Part shown: positions 21,596 through 31,522 of the stretch, piece by piece
How the letters are laid out: each line of letters starts with the position of its first letter
How positions within the stretch are numbered: the first letter of the stretch is position 1
Assembly: GCA_045046875.1 (NCBI GenBank)
Contig: JASFYY010000095.1
Location: 11,511 to 75,510 of the forward strand
Direction of reading: 5' to 3'
From: Verrucomicrobiota bacterium
GTDB taxonomy: Bacteria > Verrucomicrobiota > Verrucomicrobiia > Verrucomicrobiales > DEV007
DNA: 64,000 bases
Program-made: the position numbers and the translations under genes
Notes under the pieces: generated by a model
Told to the model about the DNA's origin: nothing
Databases searched by the model: none
Seen by the model: only the letters and a program-made list of their open reading frames with translations

Positions 21596-23160
21596 GTGCG
21601 TTTTCCCTATTGGCACTGATCTGTTCTCCTAGCGTATTCTCCGCTGACAGCTATGAGAAGCTCGATCACAGAACTCCTATATTAAACGACGGATCCGAGG
21701 CGAATTATCAAAAATTCACCCTGAGCATCGACCAGGCAAAAACCCTGACCGCCATCAGCTTCGATACCACGGGCACAACGGAGCTAGAGGATGTGCTTGA
21801 GATTGGCGTGAAACACTTGCATCAGGCAGGAAACCGTGAATTTGGCAAAACCCGGCAAATGGGCAAAAATATCAAACTGGCAGGCAAACTGGCGTTCCCC
21901 AAAGGGAAACATGCCTGCCAAGTGCTCATACGAACCAAAAAGGGCGCCAACCTCCTTCATCACGTGGCTTTGCAAATCACCGCCTTTCACTTCGCCGACG
22001 GCAGCCAGTTAGAAGTTCCACTGCAAGCGAATTACCAAGGGCAATACCTCGCTTACCCCATCCACCGTCAGGGTGAGTTTGACTGCCATACTTTCCGCAT
22101 CCCCGGAATCAATCAGGCCAATAACGGTGATTTGCTGGCCGTTTACGATCTGCGCTACAACAGTCGCAAGGATCTGCAGGAGGACATCGACATCGGTTTG
22201 TCTGTTTCCAAGGACGGTGGTCAAACCTGGACCGATCCACGACCGATCATGGACATGGGGGAATACGGCGGCAAATCCCAGAAAGAAAACGGTTGCTCTG
22301 ATCCCGGCATACTGGTGGACAAAGCTACCGGAGAGATCTTTGTCGCAGCGGTCTGGACTCATGGCAAACCCAATACCCACCAATGGGTGGCAAAAGGTTC
22401 CGAGCCGGGATACGGCATCCATCAATCGTCTCAATTCATGGTGGTGCGCTCAAAAGATCACGGCCTCACCTGGAGCGAACCGGAGAACTGGACCAAAAAG
22501 CTCAAACAGGAATCCTGGCATCTCTTCGCCCCGGCACCAGGCAATGGCATCACCCTGAAAGACGGCACTCTGGTGATGCCCTCCCAAGGCCGGGACGCCA
22601 AAGGTTTCCCTTTTTCCAACATCACCTGGAGCAATGATCATGGCCTTACCTGGCAGGTATCAGCACCCGCTACCGATGACACTTCCGAATGCGCGGTCGC
22701 CGAACTATCCGACGGCTCGCTGATGCTCAACGTTCGTGACAATCGCAATCGTAAAGACAAAAGCGACAGCAATGGGCGAGCTGTGAGAGTCAGCCGGGAC
22801 CTTGGCAAAAGCTGGGAAAAACACAGCAGCGACCACGGCGCCCTGCCGGAACCCACTTGCATGGCGAGTTTGATCAGCCATGCAAACAACCCGGGTCAGC
22901 TTTTTTTCTCCAATCCGCGCAATAAAAAAAGCCGCATGGACATGACCATTCAGATGAGCCTGGATGACGGAAAGAACTGGCCGGAAAAATACCACATCCT
23001 CTTGGACAGTGGCAGAGGCAACGGCTATTCCAGCTTGGTCATAATCGATGACAAGACCATCGGAATCCTCTACGAATCTTCAGTAGCCGACCTGGTATTC
23101 CAGAAAATCCTCATCAAAGATTTTACTGACAATGACTGGCAAAAACTGCGGATCGACTGA
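21565..23160 (+). CDS. exo-alpha-sialidase (GH33)
   Basis: FRIP motif; Asp-boxes SKDGGQTW, SKDHGLTW, SNDHGLTW, SRDLGKSW, SLDDGKNW; GYSSL, ILYE. Confidence 0.92.
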   Translation: MKIRLSYVITCAFSLLALICSPSVFSADSYEKLDHRTPILNDGSEANYQKFTLSIDQAKTLTAISFDTTGTTELEDVLEIGVKHLHQAGNREFGKTRQMGKNIKLAGKLAFPKGKHACQVLIRTKKGANLLHHVALQITAFHFADGSQLEVPLQANYQGQYLAYPIHRQGEFDCHTFRIPGINQANNGDLLAVYDLRYNSRKDLQEDIDIGLSVSKDGGQTWTDPRPIMDMGEYGGKSQKENGCSDPGILVDKATGEIFVAAVWTHGKPNTHQWVAKGSEPGYGIHQSSQFMVVRSKDHGLTWSEPENWTKKLKQESWHLFAPAPGNGITLKDGTLVMPSQGRDAKGFPFSNITWSNDHGLTWQVSAPATDDTSECAVAELSDGSLMLNVRDNRNRKDKSDSNGRAVRVSRDLGKSWEKHSSDHGALPEPTCMASLISHANNPGQLFFSNPRNKKSRMDMTIQMSLDDGKNWPEKYHILLDSGRGNGYSSLVIIDDKTIGILYESSVADLVFQKILIKDFTDNDWQKLRID

Positions 23161-23249
23161 ATGACAAGGCCCTGCCACCTCCAACCCACGCAATGCCATT
23201 ACGTGCCACACATCACACGCTCCACATCGTGACATGGATTGCTCGGCGC

Positions 23250-23274
23250 GCCGTAGCCCATAGGGCGAAGGCGG
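23250..23274. repeat. GCCGTAGC...GCGAAGGC REP-like hairpin
   Basis: GCCGTAGCCCATAGGGCGAAGGCGG between convergent genes. Confidence 0.55.
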
Positions 23275-23333
23275 GGCAATTTACCTTCGGATAATTTCCT
23301 CCAGCTGCCTTCCCCGCATTCGCGGGTTCGGCT

Positions 23334-23422
23334 GTTTTTCTCGTTTCGGTATCGCTTTTGCTCTCAAATTTTGCGCACATCATTCCAACAGCATTTACCC
23401 AGAACGTGTCCGGCGTTCTGAA
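23334..23422 (-). repeat. diverged second copy of the left end of the 16820 element
   Basis: Reverse complement TTCAGAACGCCGGACACGTTCTGGGTAAATGCTGTTGGAATG...AAACGAGAAAAAC matches 16820-16914. Confidence 0.8.
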
Positions 23423-23481
23423 ATCACCTCTCCCCCAAACCTCTTCAATAGCGCAATCGCAGCGTTTCATCCACGGCCCTG

Positions 23482-24957
23482 TCACAATACCGGACTGGTG
23501 AGGCGAAAGGTGTTCTCAAGAAAACGCTGCCAATCCGAACGTTTGGCCCATTCTTCCGCGATCAGAAGATCCGAGTCATCGATGTAAGATTGCTGCAATT
23601 TTTGCAGATGCTCGCCAAACTCCCGACCATACACAAAAGCCGCTACCTCATAGTTGATCCACAGGGATCGCATATCCAGATTAACGGTGCCAAACATCGA
23701 AATGCGACGGTCGGCAGTGATCGATTTGGTGTGCAACAAACCTTTGCGATAAAGATAGATTTTCACCCCGCAATCCATCAGCTCATCGTAAAACGACCGA
23801 CTGGCATAACGTGTGAGCAAAGAATCCACCTTTTCAGGAACGATCATCGAAACTGCCACCCCACGGGCAGCGGCGCCGCGCATCGCCCGCAACAATGAAT
23901 CATCGGGAACAAAATAGGGAGTTGTTAAAATCAATTCCTCACGTGCTGCCCCGATCGTTGCCAGCAACATCTGCAACAAACCGTCGTCGGTTTGCCCCGG
24001 CCCCGAAGGCACGATTTGAGCATCGCCGTCTCCTCCTTTGGCCGGAGTAACTCCTATATTAGCCCCAACAGCGATTTCCTCCACACTTTCCCCCGTCTCC
24101 AATGTCCAGTCTCCTATCATGGTCAAAGCCAGAGGAGTGACAATCGCACCCTCGACCCGTACCATGGCATCTACCCACTCCCCCACATTGGCGTCCTGTT
24201 TAAAATAACGCGGATCAACCATGTTCATGCTTCCAGTCCAAGCGATTTCACCATCAATGATGACGATTTTCCGGTGCAGGCGCACATCGTTGCGACCGAA
24301 GATCGTGCGAAAAATCCCTACCGGTAAAGCCGCTTGCAAATAAACCCCCGCTTCACGCAAACGTCCCGGTTGCTCACTTTTTTTCCACCAGGCCGATGCC
24401 CCAAGCTCGTCAATCAGCAAGCGGCACACCACTCCCCGCCTTGCTGCGCGAATCACCGCATCGAGCACCTCATCAGCAAGCCCACCCTCATTCCAAATGT
24501 AGAACTCCATCAATACGCTGTAACGAGCTGCATCCACATCACCCGCAATCACCTGCAAACTCAACTCAGTCTCGGAAAACAACCTTCCCGTGCTGCCACT
24601 GACCGTGGGCAAACCTACCAAACGCCTCCCCAACTGATCCATCTCCTCTGCTTCCTGCGGATGGCGGTCCCAGTCCACCTCGCTCAGCTTTTCCTTGCTC
24701 AGCACCGCGACCAAATCAGCATAAGATTCACGCAATCGAGCCAATCGTTGTTTCCTTTCAGGTGGAATCCGTTTTTCGCCAACCAAAAGGTAAGCGATGG
24801 ATCCCGCAAGAGGAACAGCCGCAATAAAAAACAACCAAGCCAAGGCCACTCCGGTAGCAGGCCGTTGCATGATCACCCGGATACTAAAACCCACCACCAC
24901 AAGCAAATGCAGCAGAATTAACAAGCTGGAGGGATGGGGCAACAGATTCATCATCAA
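23482..24957 (-). CDS. cls: cardiolipin synthase
   Basis: Two N-terminal TM helices; two PLD motifs HRKIVIID and HTKSITAD; NLDMRS. Confidence 0.95.
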   Translation of the reverse strand: MMMNLLPHPSSLLILLHLLVVVGFSIRVIMQRPATGVALAWLFFIAAVPLAGSIAYLLVGEKRIPPERKQRLARLRESYADLVAVLSKEKLSEVDWDRHPQEAEEMDQLGRRLVGLPTVSGSTGRLFSETELSLQVIAGDVDAARYSVLMEFYIWNEGGLADEVLDAVIRAARRGVVCRLLIDELGASAWWKKSEQPGRLREAGVYLQAALPVGIFRTIFGRNDVRLHRKIVIIDGEIAWTGSMNMVDPRYFKQDANVGEWVDAMVRVEGAIVTPLALTMIGDWTLETGESVEEIAVGANIGVTPAKGGDGDAQIVPSGPGQTDDGLLQMLLATIGAAREELILTTPYFVPDDSLLRAMRGAAARGVAVSMIVPEKVDSLLTRYASRSFYDELMDCGVKIYLYRKGLLHTKSITADRRISMFGTVNLDMRSLWINYEVAAFVYGREFGEHLQKLQQSYIDDSDLLIAEEWAKRSDWQRFLENTFRLTSPVL

Positions 24958-25133
24958 TACGAAGAGGTCTAGTAACTAAATTGCCTGATCTCAAATTATG
25001 ACACCTCTCACGTGAGACAAACTAAACGGCCCTTGGTGCAAGCAAAGCGTTTTTTCCACAGTGACGCTAAATCACAAACTTAGAAACTTGCATCAGACCT
25101 AGCACAAATAATCACTACAAAGGTCCCAAGTAT

Positions 25134-25307
25134 AACGCCGAAGGATCCTATGACATCTATTCCTCACCTGAAGCACCTCAAGGATTCGAAAAAAATGGCT
25201 GGAAAATATCCCGGGGAAAGCTGGTTTATTATTCTATGGACGTATGGCCGCTTAAACCCTGAATCGAAAAATCCTGGCGACCGAGTGAGGGTGAACTGGT
25301 AAAATGA
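25134..25307 (+). pseudogene. 3' remnant of a DUF1254/DUF1214-family gene
   Basis: NAEGSYDIYSSPEAPQGFEKN / WLENIPGESWFIILWTYG / PLKP*IEKSWRPSEGELVK*, with two frameshifts and a stop. Confidence 0.75.
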
Positions 25308-25413
25308 CTTTCCCACCAAGGTCGAGTTCTATCAGTGACAAAGCTCCGGTTTCTGTAAAAGGAACTCGGAGATTTTTTATACCGCCAGATGAACCGTCAT
25401 ACTTATAAGTTAG

Positions 25414-25998
25414 TCAAATTCCAAGCGAATCAAGCAAACATTTGGCTTGTTTTAACAGCTGATTTGTCGATTTATGGGTCTTGCTGACTTTATTGATTCC
25501 CTGAATAAAGGTAATCAAAAGAGCAGCTACCGTTGCCGGATTCAAGCTCTGGGCAACCTGGCCTTTCTGTCGAGCTTCCAACAACTTATCTCTGAATACC
25601 CTCTCCAACTTCTCAAGTTCGCCCAATATATAAGACTCGAGCTCACCTTCAGCCAATACTTCGCTGCACAGACTGTTTGTCAACAAACACCCTTGCGGGA
25701 CATTCTTGCTACCTACACTTTTAATCATTATACGAAAAAAATCATTTATGGCTTGTGGGATGTCAGGGTTTTTAAAAAGAACTTCCACCCGTTTTGCTGT
25801 CACTTTTTCACTATAATACTTCAAACAACTCTGATACAAACAGCGCTTGCTCTTGAATTTGTTATAAAAAGATCCCTGCCCTATTTGCATTTCTTTCAAT
25901 AACTGGTCCATCGAGGTGTTTTCGAAACCTTGCTGCCAGAACAATCGCATCGCAGCTTCAGTTGCCTCATTAAGATCAAATTCTATTTTCCGTGACAT
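25414..25998 (-). CDS. TetR-family transcriptional regulator
   Basis: MSRKIEFD...AMRLFWQQGFENTSM...GSFYNKFKSK; GCLLTN. Confidence 0.92.
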   Translation of the reverse strand: MSRKIEFDLNEATEAAMRLFWQQGFENTSMDQLLKEMQIGQGSFYNKFKSKRCLYQSCLKYYSEKVTAKRVEVLFKNPDIPQAINDFFRIMIKSVGSKNVPQGCLLTNSLCSEVLAEGELESYILGELEKLERVFRDKLLEARQKGQVAQSLNPATVAALLITFIQGINKVSKTHKSTNQLLKQAKCLLDSLGI

Positions 25999-26025
25999 GA
26001 CTCTGTAGCGTGATTCAAAAAAGCA

Positions 26026-26123
26026 AACTGTCAAACATTTTGTAATAACTGATACAAAACGTTTGACAGTTCCGACAACCTATCTAATTGTATTGATCGT
26101 TACAGTATATTTCCTGTAACGAT
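26026..26123. promoter_or_regulatory. divergent promoter with large inverted repeats
   Basis: 19-bp arms 26026-26044 / 26053-26071 (1 mismatch), each containing TTGACA; second IR ATCGTTACAG / CTGTAACGAT 26096-26123. Confidence 0.7.
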
Positions 26124-26145
26124 GAACGTTAAAATATAAAATATT

Positions 26146-26439
26146 ATGTCACAACTCTACTTAATGGTATCAGGGAATGTAAAAAATCCGGAACTGCTAG
26201 CAGCTTATCAAGAAAAAGCCGGCCCGATTATGAAAAAACATGGTGCTCTCTTACCTGCCGAAAAATTCAGCGTATCTCAGGTTCTAGCAGGCGATCACCA
26301 ACCAACGTTTTTCCTACGTATTGCTTTTAATGAAATCAAAGATATCACTTCGGCATTTTCGGATCCTGACTACACGGATATTATTCCTCTACGCGATGGA
26401 GCTATTGGGGATTTATCCATATTCATCTCGTCAGCTTAA
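26146..26439 (+). CDS. DUF1330-family small protein
   Basis: YQEKAGPIMKKHG...IAF...FSDPDY...PLRD pattern; divergent from TetR. Confidence 0.75.
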   Translation: MSQLYLMVSGNVKNPELLAAYQEKAGPIMKKHGALLPAEKFSVSQVLAGDHQPTFFLRIAFNEIKDITSAFSDPDYTDIIPLRDGAIGDLSIFISSA

Positions 26440-26485
26440 GGAGCACGAGAAATCAAAAACTCTAAAAAATACACTCCAATAATAA

Positions 26486-26522
26486 TGACGCCCTCTGGCA
26501 GAGGCTATGCCAGAGGGCGTCA
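26486..26522. terminator. 15-bp-arm hairpin (terminator or REP)
   Basis: TGACGCCCTCTGGCA-GAGGCTA-TGCCAGAGGGCGTCA. Confidence 0.6.
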
Positions 26523-26711
26523 CCTTAGGCAAATATGCCACCCTTTTCGACATCACTTCACTTCTGACATCTTTGTAATACAGGCACTCCAAACATAGAT
26601 GACCGACATGCCCCCTCGGAGAAAAGTGCCCCTGGTTGCTTGAAAAGACTTTGCCTTCATAGATCCTCGACCTTACTTTCGGCGACTTCTACAAATCCCC
26701 CTGAGTAAACT

Positions 26712-27320
26712 ATGAAAACTGAACTCCTCGTAATCATGTTCATGCAACTCTCTTTCCAGAGCGCTCCATCGGCAGAGGAAAACCGAAGTTTGCCCTTTGA
26801 TCGAGCGCGCATCAACCGTTACAGCCTCGATGGATTGCCACGTTCAATTTCGATTCGGCAGGGACAGGACATTTGGCTAGGTTATGATCTTGAACGGGCG
26901 ACACTGCAAAAGGTGTGGCGTGCCCCCTCTGGCAAACCGGGATTGAGTGAGGGATTCACAACACGATCGCTTGGAACCACATTATTTGAAGACAAAACGG
27001 ATGATGCCTGGAAACTGCAAACTAGAAAGCAGACTTTGCCTTTGAAGATCCGTTATCTCGGCTGCAGTCAGCGTGAAAAGTATTTTGAATTATCCTGGGA
27101 ACTGCAGCACGAATCGCATAAGTTTGTTTTACTCGAACGCATTTCAATTTCGAAGGCGAGCGATGCTATCAAGGCCTCACGCATCCTGCGGGTGAAAGGT
27201 CTGAATTCTGGTGATTCTCTTCTGCTACCAAATTCTGCTGGGGAGGCATGGCACAGCTCCGAGAACAACTCGGCAAGATCTCTCACGGATGAACAATGGC
27301 ACCTAATTTACCTACCTTGA
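26712..27320 (+). CDS. secreted hypothetical protein
   Basis: 202 aa ORF, first gene of an overlapping three-gene operon. Confidence 0.65.
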   Translation: MKTELLVIMFMQLSFQSAPSAEENRSLPFDRARINRYSLDGLPRSISIRQGQDIWLGYDLERATLQKVWRAPSGKPGLSEGFTTRSLGTTLFEDKTDDAWKLQTRKQTLPLKIRYLGCSQREKYFELSWELQHESHKFVLLERISISKASDAIKASRILRVKGLNSGDSLLLPNSAGEAWHSSENNSARSLTDEQWHLIYLP

Positions 27321-29569
27321 AAAAGACTCTGCTACTCTTTCTTTTCACCACGCTTGCTGCGACCTCTCCCTCGGTCGCAGCACCATCCCCATCCGCCCTC
27401 TCATCTCGCACGCTGTATCTGCCCGCGAAAGCAATTTTTTCTCCCGGTGCCAATAAGTGGAACGGAGATATTTTAGAAATCACCAGAGGCCGCGGGGCAA
27501 AGCTCGGTTGGTATATTACAGCGCAGCGGGCGGAGGATGTCACTGTGAGTATTGAATACACCAGTGCAGAACCGATCAATCAAGAATACCAAATCTCCTT
27601 CGATGGGCAAAACCGATTCTGGGAAGTTCCTACAACCACTGGAGAAAATTGGAACCGGGTAAAATTGGGCGTCTTTCGTGTGCGACCCGGCTTGCCGATG
27701 TTGGTGTTATTAGTTCCCCCATCAAATAAAAAATACAAAAACCCGATCCGCTTTCGTCGCTTGATCCTGGAAAGTGAAACAACCGAAAATCTTGCAGCGG
27801 CAAAACCCATCGAGGCTCCGGCACTTCCAGATGCAAGCCCAGGATTTGGCAGCAAGCTGACCTCTCATCATCCAGCTCTCGCTGTCCGTGATTTGCATAG
27901 AGGAGATTCCGTTTGGCGGGTCACAGGCATGGCGTTGCGCTCCCCAAGTGAACTGCTTTTCACGACTTGGGAAGGCGACCTCGTTTCTCTATCCCTCGAC
28001 GACCTTTCGAAACCAACCGTGTTTCGACGACTCGCACAAGGTCTGTCCGAGCCAATGGGATTAGCGATTTCCGACGGGCGCATCTTCGTGACCGAGAAGA
28101 ACCAGGTCACCGAATTGATAGATGAGGATGGCGACGGCGCATTCGAAACCTACCGCTGCCTTTCACACGACTGGCCGAGCTCGATCGACTACCATGAATA
28201 CCTTTTCGGCGCAGTGATTCGAGACTCGCGCATTTACTTCACCTCCAGTGTTGCGATGGCTATTCGCAACACCCACAACCGGCAAGAAGCTCTGCGCGGC
28301 AGCGGCATCAAGATCCACATCGACACGGGGGCGACGGAGATCATCGCCGGAGGATTGCGAACGCCCAATGGCATCGGCTTCGGTCCGGCAGACTCTATTT
28401 TAATCACCGATAATCAAGGTGAATGGCTTCCCGCGAATAAACTCATCCACCTCCAAGCCAAGGCCTTCTACCAGTTCCGCAGTCGTTCGCCCTGGCACCC
28501 CTATGACCGCCCCGAGGCCACTCCTCCTGCCGTCTGGTTGCCGCAGGGTGAAATCGCGATGTCGCCGACAGAACCTATTTTACTACCAGAAAGTTGGAAG
28601 CCCTACGCTGGGCAAGTTCTATTTGGCGACGCGACATTTGGTGGTCTTCAGCGGGTTTTTCTAGAGCAAATCGACGGCGTTATGCAGGGAGCGGCGTTTC
28701 CTTTTTCGCAGGGTTTCCGCCATCTCTTTAACCGGCTCGAGCTCGCCGATCACGGCGAATTGATCGCGGGCGGAATTGCACGCGGAAAAGACAAAAAATT
28801 CATCGAGCACGTCAGCGGCCTGACGCAAATCCATTATACGGGTAAAGAAGTGTTCGAACCCCTCGCCGCCCGCCTCCGCTCCAACGGGATTGAGATCGAA
28901 TTCACCCAGCCCCTGGCCAAAAACACGGGTTGGAATCCTGCTGGATACTACGCCACTCAATGGGCTTATCAGGCCACTCAAAACTACGGTGGTCAAAAGG
29001 TTCGCCATCGACGATCGGAAGTTCGATCCGCAACCGTCTCAGCCGATCGCCGCCGCGTATTTCTCGAACTGCCCGATCTAAGCACAAAAGAAGTTCTGCG
29101 CATACGCATGCCTCAGTCATTGACTGCCGCCAATGGCCAATCCCTGTGGGCGGGAGAACTTTGGTACACCGTCAATCGCATCCCGAAAAATCTACCCGGC
29201 ATCATCCGCACGGCTCCGGAAGAGGCATTGACGACCAACGAGCCCTTCTTCCGCTTTTCAGCCGGGGGCGCGGATAGGGCACTGTATCAAAACTACTGTG
29301 CCGCCTGTCACAGTCTCGACGGAAGCAAACGGGTCGGCCCCAGTTTCCATAAATTGGCAGGAACAAAACTGAATGTAATCGACTCGGAGACAGGGGAAAA
29401 ACGCAAAGTCACGGCTGACGCTACCTATCTTCGCCAATCCATCCTCGAACCCGACGCGCTCATCGTCGATGGTTACCAAAATATCATGCCGCCCTTCGGC
29501 GGACTGCTGAGCGAATCCCAAATCAAGGGACTCGTGGAATACATTACCAAAGCCTCAAATCCAAAATGA
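27296..29569 (+). CDS. PVC-type glucose/sorbosone-dehydrogenase-like propeller with C-terminal cytochrome c
   Basis: GLSEPMGL, YHEY, GLRTPNG, TDNQGEW; C-terminal CAACH...GP...YLRQSILEPDA...MPPF. Confidence 0.8.
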   Translation: MAPNLPTLKKTLLLFLFTTLAATSPSVAAPSPSALSSRTLYLPAKAIFSPGANKWNGDILEITRGRGAKLGWYITAQRAEDVTVSIEYTSAEPINQEYQISFDGQNRFWEVPTTTGENWNRVKLGVFRVRPGLPMLVLLVPPSNKKYKNPIRFRRLILESETTENLAAAKPIEAPALPDASPGFGSKLTSHHPALAVRDLHRGDSVWRVTGMALRSPSELLFTTWEGDLVSLSLDDLSKPTVFRRLAQGLSEPMGLAISDGRIFVTEKNQVTELIDEDGDGAFETYRCLSHDWPSSIDYHEYLFGAVIRDSRIYFTSSVAMAIRNTHNRQEALRGSGIKIHIDTGATEIIAGGLRTPNGIGFGPADSILITDNQGEWLPANKLIHLQAKAFYQFRSRSPWHPYDRPEATPPAVWLPQGEIAMSPTEPILLPESWKPYAGQVLFGDATFGGLQRVFLEQIDGVMQGAAFPFSQGFRHLFNRLELADHGELIAGGIARGKDKKFIEHVSGLTQIHYTGKEVFEPLAARLRSNGIEIEFTQPLAKNTGWNPAGYYATQWAYQATQNYGGQKVRHRRSEVRSATVSADRRRVFLELPDLSTKEVLRIRMPQSLTAANGQSLWAGELWYTVNRIPKNLPGIIRTAPEEALTTNEPFFRFSAGGADRALYQNYCAACHSLDGSKRVGPSFHKLAGTKLNVIDSETGEKRKVTADATYLRQSILEPDALIVDGYQNIMPPFGGLLSESQIKGLVEYITKASNPK

Positions 29570-30327
29570 AAGCTCTGCAAATCATCATCCTCCCGTTACT
29601 TTTACTGTCTCCTCTCCCTGCTTCAGCGCTGGATTCAGTGGAGCTCAAACAAGGCTTCATCTCGCTCTTCGACGGGAAGACCTTTGACGGTTGGAAACAC
29701 AACGGTAACTGGGTGATCAAAGACGGGGTATTTTATCGAAAGGGCAAAGGCGGATCACTCACTTATACGACAGCAACGGTGCCAGACGATTTCGAATTGC
29801 GCTTCGAATGGAAGGTGTCCAAAGCTTGCAACTCCGGCGTTTATTACCGTCCTGCTCAATACGAATACCAGATTCTGGATAACGTGCACAGCCCCTATGG
29901 CGAAAATCCGCGCCAGGCGGCCGGCTCGCTTTTCTTCTGCATGGCACCGTCGAAAGACGTGACCAAACCTTTCGGCCAATGGAACACCGGCCAGATAAAG
30001 TGTAAAGGAACGGTCATCGAACACTGGCTTAACCACAAACGCATCCTGTCCTTTGATTACTCCGATCCAAAATGGGCCAAACAGGTGGAGCTCTTGCGGA
30101 TTCGCGGCGCCCAACTCAATGCACGCGGCGGCCGTCTTTCGTTACAGGACCACGGTGCGGACGTCTGGTTCCGCGAAATCCGCTGGCGTAAAATCCCCGT
30201 TGATGAAAAGCTCATCGCTGACTCAGAGTTTAAACCGCTACCTGTCACGGGAGAAGCCTTAAAAAAGGAACAAGCCCGAGTGAAGCGAATGCTGGAGGCG
30301 AAAAATAAGAAGACCAAGTCAAAATAA
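29566..30327 (+). CDS. DUF1080 (3-keto-disaccharide hydrolase-like) protein
   Basis: SLFDGKTFDGW, DFELRFEWK, NSGVYY, EYQILD, LQDHG..VWFR. Confidence 0.9.
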   Translation: MKALQIIILPLLLLSPLPASALDSVELKQGFISLFDGKTFDGWKHNGNWVIKDGVFYRKGKGGSLTYTTATVPDDFELRFEWKVSKACNSGVYYRPAQYEYQILDNVHSPYGENPRQAAGSLFFCMAPSKDVTKPFGQWNTGQIKCKGTVIEHWLNHKRILSFDYSDPKWAKQVELLRIRGAQLNARGGRLSLQDHGADVWFREIRWRKIPVDEKLIADSEFKPLPVTGEALKKEQARVKRMLEAKNKKTKSK

Positions 30328-30354
30328 AGCAGCCTGGATTCAGCAAACTTCCCG

Positions 30355-31269
30355 CTATTTCAACAAGGGGCAGGATTCGGGCAAAACAAATTTGATCGCG
30401 GATGGCACGACTTCAAAACGAATATTTTTTGCGCGATAGGGTTCACCGTCTAGATTAAAAGGTATGATTTTTCCGTCAGAGGCGATCTCTACCCAGGGCT
30501 CCTGAATAAGCTTGGCAAATTGTCCATCCGGGGAAAGGGTTTTAATTTCGCTTATCACCTGGGCAAGATTTTCCGCAGCGAAATCGGCAATCATCATGAC
30601 ATCCAACAAACCATCGTTGATCACCGCCTGTGGGGCGAGGACTTGCCCCCCTCCAGCTTGACGACCATTACAAATAGCACCAACAATCATCGCTCCAGGA
30701 ACGCTCCCTTTTTCTGTCGTTAAAGTTCCCGCATAGGGCGTGAAACCCACCGCTTTCACCAGCCCCGTTAAAGTGTATGCACCACCTCCAAGGAAATTTT
30801 TCAGCTCCACCGGAGTATCAACGGTGATCTCCGCGCCAAAACCTCCCGAGGCCACGTTCATGAAATAACGCTCATTCGCCTTGCCCACATCCACCACCAC
30901 ACTTGAACCGCATACCGCGAGAGTGAGAGCCTCGGTCAGATTTACGGGGATTTGACAGGCACGAGCAAAATCATTGGCGGTGCCTAGAGGGAAAATGCCC
31001 ACTTCGGGTGATGCTTTCGTTTTGCTCTCATTTGGCAAGTTCATTAAGGCATCCGCGACCTCGTTGATCGTTCCATCGCCCCCACCCGCGATAATTCTAT
31101 CCACCCCTTCAGCAGAGGCTTCGCACAGTAATCTCTGGATATCGCCCGATTCATAAGTGGTCCTCACTTCAAGGTCGGGGTAGTTTTGACGAACGGCAGA
31201 GATGGCATCTCTCACCTCTTTGAGCCCCGCCTTTTTGCCGTTCAGTAGGATACGTATTTTGCCCTTCAT
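30355..31269 (-). CDS. yegS: lipid kinase YegS (DAGK family)
   Basis: LLNGKKAG, GGGDGTINEV, PLGTANDFAR, NLDGEP. Confidence 0.88.
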   Translation of the reverse strand: MKGKIRILLNGKKAGLKEVRDAISAVRQNYPDLEVRTTYESGDIQRLLCEASAEGVDRIIAGGGDGTINEVADALMNLPNESKTKASPEVGIFPLGTANDFARACQIPVNLTEALTLAVCGSSVVVDVGKANERYFMNVASGGFGAEITVDTPVELKNFLGGGAYTLTGLVKAVGFTPYAGTLTTEKGSVPGAMIVGAICNGRQAGGGQVLAPQAVINDGLLDVMMIADFAAENLAQVISEIKTLSPDGQFAKLIQEPWVEIASDGKIIPFNLDGEPYRAKNIRFEVVPSAIKFVLPESCPLLK

Positions 31270-31352
31270 ATTATGTATTTTTCAATTTTAACTCAATCGA
31301 GCCAACCTTTTTTTCTAAAATAATAAAAAATGAAAATCGCTATAAGCGCCAT

Positions 31353-31382
31353 CAACCCCAACCCCAACCCCAACCCCAACCC
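31353..31382. repeat. (CAACCC)5 microsatellite
   Basis: Five exact hexamer copies. Confidence 0.95.
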
Positions 31383-31522
31383 TAGAGGATAAGCGCAGTC
31401 TCATGTTACAATATTAATAATTCCTCACATCAAAATTGTAAACGTGAATTCCGTATAACCTCCCCCAACTTGTCAACGCAGTAACCCCTCTCTCACTAGA
31501 GATGAGTCCTGACCTGCCCGCC

